From positions 1 through 30,584 of the forward strand of contig CAVQNG010000037.1 in NCBI GenBank assembly GCA_963713825.1: a stretch of DNA of 30,584 nt, written 5' to 3'. Numbering within the stretch: the first letter of the stretch is position 1; every line of letters begins with the position of its first letter. Below are positions 28,321 through 30,584 of this stretch, piece by piece. The DNA comes from an uncultured Acidobacteriota bacterium (GTDB taxonomy: Bacteria; Acidobacteriota; Thermoanaerobaculia; Multivoradales; JAHEKO01). Under the pieces are notes generated by a model. That model searched no databases. It was not told the DNA's origin and saw nothing but the letters and a program-made list of their open reading frames with translations. The position numbers and the translations under genes are program-made.

Positions 28321-30456
28321 ATGAGCAGCGGAACTCCCGATGTGTTCGTCCAGACCCGAGGTCGAGTCCAAGAGTTCATGCCTAGCCAGTGTGTTCCATC
28401 GCTGCGAGTAGCCGTATTGGCAGGTCTTGCCACGGCATTGTTGGATTTCGATTGGAACCTCATCGCGACTCGGCCCCACGAGCTCTATCCAGATCTTCTG
28501 CTAGGGCCACTGCTGTTTCTCTTCTTCGTCAGCTCGATCCTGGTCGCTACTGGACTAGGGATCGGCGGACGATTTGCACGTGAGCAGGCGGGGGACGAAG
28601 AGAGTACCTGGGCGGCAGGTTGGATCTCGTTCATTGTTCTGTGGGTCCTGTTTTTCAACCTGTCTGATTCACGGTTGTTGCTGGGTGACTTGAACTCAGT
28701 TCTGCGTTTGCTGGCAGTCACTAGCGTTGCAGCCATTGGCGCCTATGTCGTCGCTCGCTTGATGGGTTCAATGACTCGGGCTCGACCGTCGGGAGAAGCG
28801 TCGACTTTCATCAGCCTCGACGATCTGCTTCTCTTGATGACCGCGCTCCTGGTTCTGTTGGTGCCTTTCCTCCTGGCGGAGATCATTCTGGTCGAGGGAA
28901 TCTTTTCTGCCGGGTCGGTTTTGGCGCTCCTGTGCTTCGCTGCGGCTGTTCTAGTTCTCGTCCTTGCCTACTTTCGGAGACGGTCTGTCTTCAGATGGCT
29001 CGCCCTGGGGCTCGTGGTTCTCTTCTTCGCATCGCTTCTGGTCATCGGAGCGAGGTCCAGAGGCCTGCCTAGATCCAAGGCCACAGCCTCCACCAACCCG
29101 TCTGACCAGCCACCGATAGTCCTGATCACGATCGACACACTCCGGGCCGATTCTCTGGGGAGCTACGGCAGTGAGATAGGCCTGACCCCGAGCCTGGATG
29201 AGCTGGCCCGAGAGAGCGTCCTTTTCGAGCGCACTGTGGCCTCGTCCCCATGGACCATGCCTTCCATGGCCTCGATCATGACCGGCGTATCCACCCTGGT
29301 GCACCAGACACCGGATCGCAGCCCGGACCTCCCTCTCGCTCTTCCAACACTGGCAGAGTCTCTCCAGAATCACGGGTACCTGACCCTGGGGGTCGGTCGG
29401 AACGCTCATCTCAGGGCGTCCACTGGTTTTTCGAGAGGATTCGACCTCTACCGCTTCTACCCCCGCACCTACCTGGCAGGTTCCCTGGGCACACAGCTTC
29501 TCCGAGCGGCCTCCCCCGCTGCCATCGACAACGAGGCGACGACCCGAGACCTGGCTCGAAGAGCAGCTACCCTCGTCGAAAAATACTCGACCGAGCCCTT
29601 CTTCCTCTGGCTCCACCTCTTCGATCCGCACATTCCCTATGAGCCTCCAGAGGAGTTTCTCTCGCGGAGCCCGGAACTCGAGAGGCTCGGGGCCCGCTTC
29701 GACAAGGTCAGGGAGGTCCGATCGGGGCGGTTGTTCCCCGATAGCGAACAGCGTGCTTGGATCCAGAGCCTCTATGAGGGCGAGATTCGGTATGTGGACC
29801 ACGAGATCGGACAGTTCCTCTCGACTCTCGAGCGACTCGACCTGTTCGATCCGGCACTGATTGTCGTGACCTCCGACCACGGGGAGGAGTTCTGGGAACA
29901 TGGTGGCTTCGAGCATGGTCACGCCCTGAACAACAAAGTGATCGGGGTTCCTTTGATCATCAAACCACCAAGAAGTCCCCAAGCTTCGTCCTTCCAGGGG
30001 CGGCGGGTTGTTCTACCTGTTTCCATTGAGAGTGTGAGGTCCACCATCCTGGACCTGGTTGGGGCGCCAGCGGGCGATCCTGATCTCCCGCTAGCCAGGT
30101 CCCTGGTGCCCTATTGGGCAGCGTCTCAGCTCGAGCACTCCTCTGACCCGATCATCAGCGGGGCCGTTCGTTACTTCGGCCAACAGCTCTCGGTTGTTCT
30201 GGGGCGCTACAAATACATCCGCCATCTCGAAGACGGCCGTGAAGAACTCTACGACCTGGTTGTGGATCCGGATGAGTCCGACAACCTCGCCTTTTCCCAG
30301 CCGGACTTGACGCTGGAGCTGTCCGAAGCGCTGGATCGAGAGGTCGATGAAGGCCGGCGGATCGCCAATGAGCTCGGCATCGGCCAAGGCTCTGCCGAGG
30401 TCCACATGGACAAAGAAACGGAGCGTGAGCTGCGCTCTCTGGGCTACATCGAGTAG
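28321..30456 (+). CDS. Membrane-anchored sulfatase-like hydrolase/transferase (AlkP superfamily, Thr-type motif)
   Basis: About 7 N-terminal TMs, then ITIDTLRAD, TP.LD, SPWTMPSMASIMTG, PFFLWLH.FDPH.PY, TSDHGEEF.EHG, ELYDL..DP.E..NL and the tail RELRSLGYIE. Start could be 28378. Confidence 0.88.
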   Translation: MSSGTPDVFVQTRGRVQEFMPSQCVPSLRVAVLAGLATALLDFDWNLIATRPHELYPDLLLGPLLFLFFVSSILVATGLGIGGRFAREQAGDEESTWAAGWISFIVLWVLFFNLSDSRLLLGDLNSVLRLLAVTSVAAIGAYVVARLMGSMTRARPSGEASTFISLDDLLLLMTALLVLLVPFLLAEIILVEGIFSAGSVLALLCFAAAVLVLVLAYFRRRSVFRWLALGLVVLFFASLLVIGARSRGLPRSKATASTNPSDQPPIVLITIDTLRADSLGSYGSEIGLTPSLDELARESVLFERTVASSPWTMPSMASIMTGVSTLVHQTPDRSPDLPLALPTLAESLQNHGYLTLGVGRNAHLRASTGFSRGFDLYRFYPRTYLAGSLGTQLLRAASPAAIDNEATTRDLARRAATLVEKYSTEPFFLWLHLFDPHIPYEPPEEFLSRSPELERLGARFDKVREVRSGRLFPDSEQRAWIQSLYEGEIRYVDHEIGQFLSTLERLDLFDPALIVVTSDHGEEFWEHGGFEHGHALNNKVIGVPLIIKPPRSPQASSFQGRRVVLPVSIESVRSTILDLVGAPAGDPDLPLARSLVPYWAASQLEHSSDPIISGAVRYFGQQLSVVLGRYKYIRHLEDGREELYDLVVDPDESDNLAFSQPDLTLELSEALDREVDEGRRIANELGIGQGSAEVHMDKETERELRSLGYIE

Positions 30457-30495
30457 TCGCGACCCGAGAGGACTGTCCGCCCGGCCAAACTTCGA

Positions 30496-30584
30496 TCACG
30501 GGGAGCCGAACCGCGGCACAAACCTCGGCACCCTCTCCATATAGCGCTCGTACTCCTCGCCGAATCGCTCCAAGAGCTCACGCT
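30496..30584 (-). CDS. 3' end of an isoprenylcysteine carboxyl methyltransferase (ICMT/PEMT) family protein, partial
   Basis: Minus strand reads RELLERFGEEYERYMERVPRFVPRFGSP*, the typical E..L...FG..Y..Y...VPRF.P tail. Not in the ORF track. Confidence 0.7.
   Translation of the reverse strand, partial: RELLERFGEEYERYMERVPRFVPRFGSP

Noticed and set aside
28951-29982. 343-aa minus-strand ORF (also 6904..7755, 16018..16860, 20559..21278, 13771..14529, 23642..24352)
   Set aside because: Antisense or off-frame shadows of well-supported genes, with no motifs; expected in GC-rich DNA.
1-30584. tRNA, rRNA, CRISPR array, integrase/transposase or defence genes; also abundant TCGA/GATC words
   Set aside because: None of these elements was recognised. 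The word abundance is explained by common codon pairs such as CTC GAG and ATC GAG.

Overview
A ~30.6 kb, mostly high-GC (about 60% in a hand-counted line) bacterial surface-glycan locus with about 21 genes arranged in 12 alternating-strand blocks. No rRNA, tRNA, CRISPR array or transposase was seen. The first module is a Wzx/Wzy-type pathway: a Wzy/O-antigen-ligase-like polymerase, a Wzx flippase, a WcaJ-type priming transferase and five GT4 domains. Its tailoring enzymes are two PAPS-type sulfotransferases, a CE4 deacetylase, a FemAB-like GNAT and an orphan CapA-type metallophosphoesterase. A secreted beta-helix protein with a C-terminal FExGDLSxWS tag also lies here. The right half carries a second module: a polyprenol-phosphate GT2, an LPG_synthase_TM flippase-like protein, three GT-C-like membrane proteins (one in frame with a GT4) and two membrane-anchored alkaline-phosphatase-superfamily enzymes with non-sulfatase nucleophile motifs and matching L[KR]SLGYI tails. 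About half the genes are broken by 1-nt indels, most plausibly sequencing/consensus error, so I joined those spans by hand and their coordinates are approximate. Protein style suggests Acidobacteriota (Thermoanaerobaculia-like), but that is inference. All family calls come from motif recognition, not database searches.
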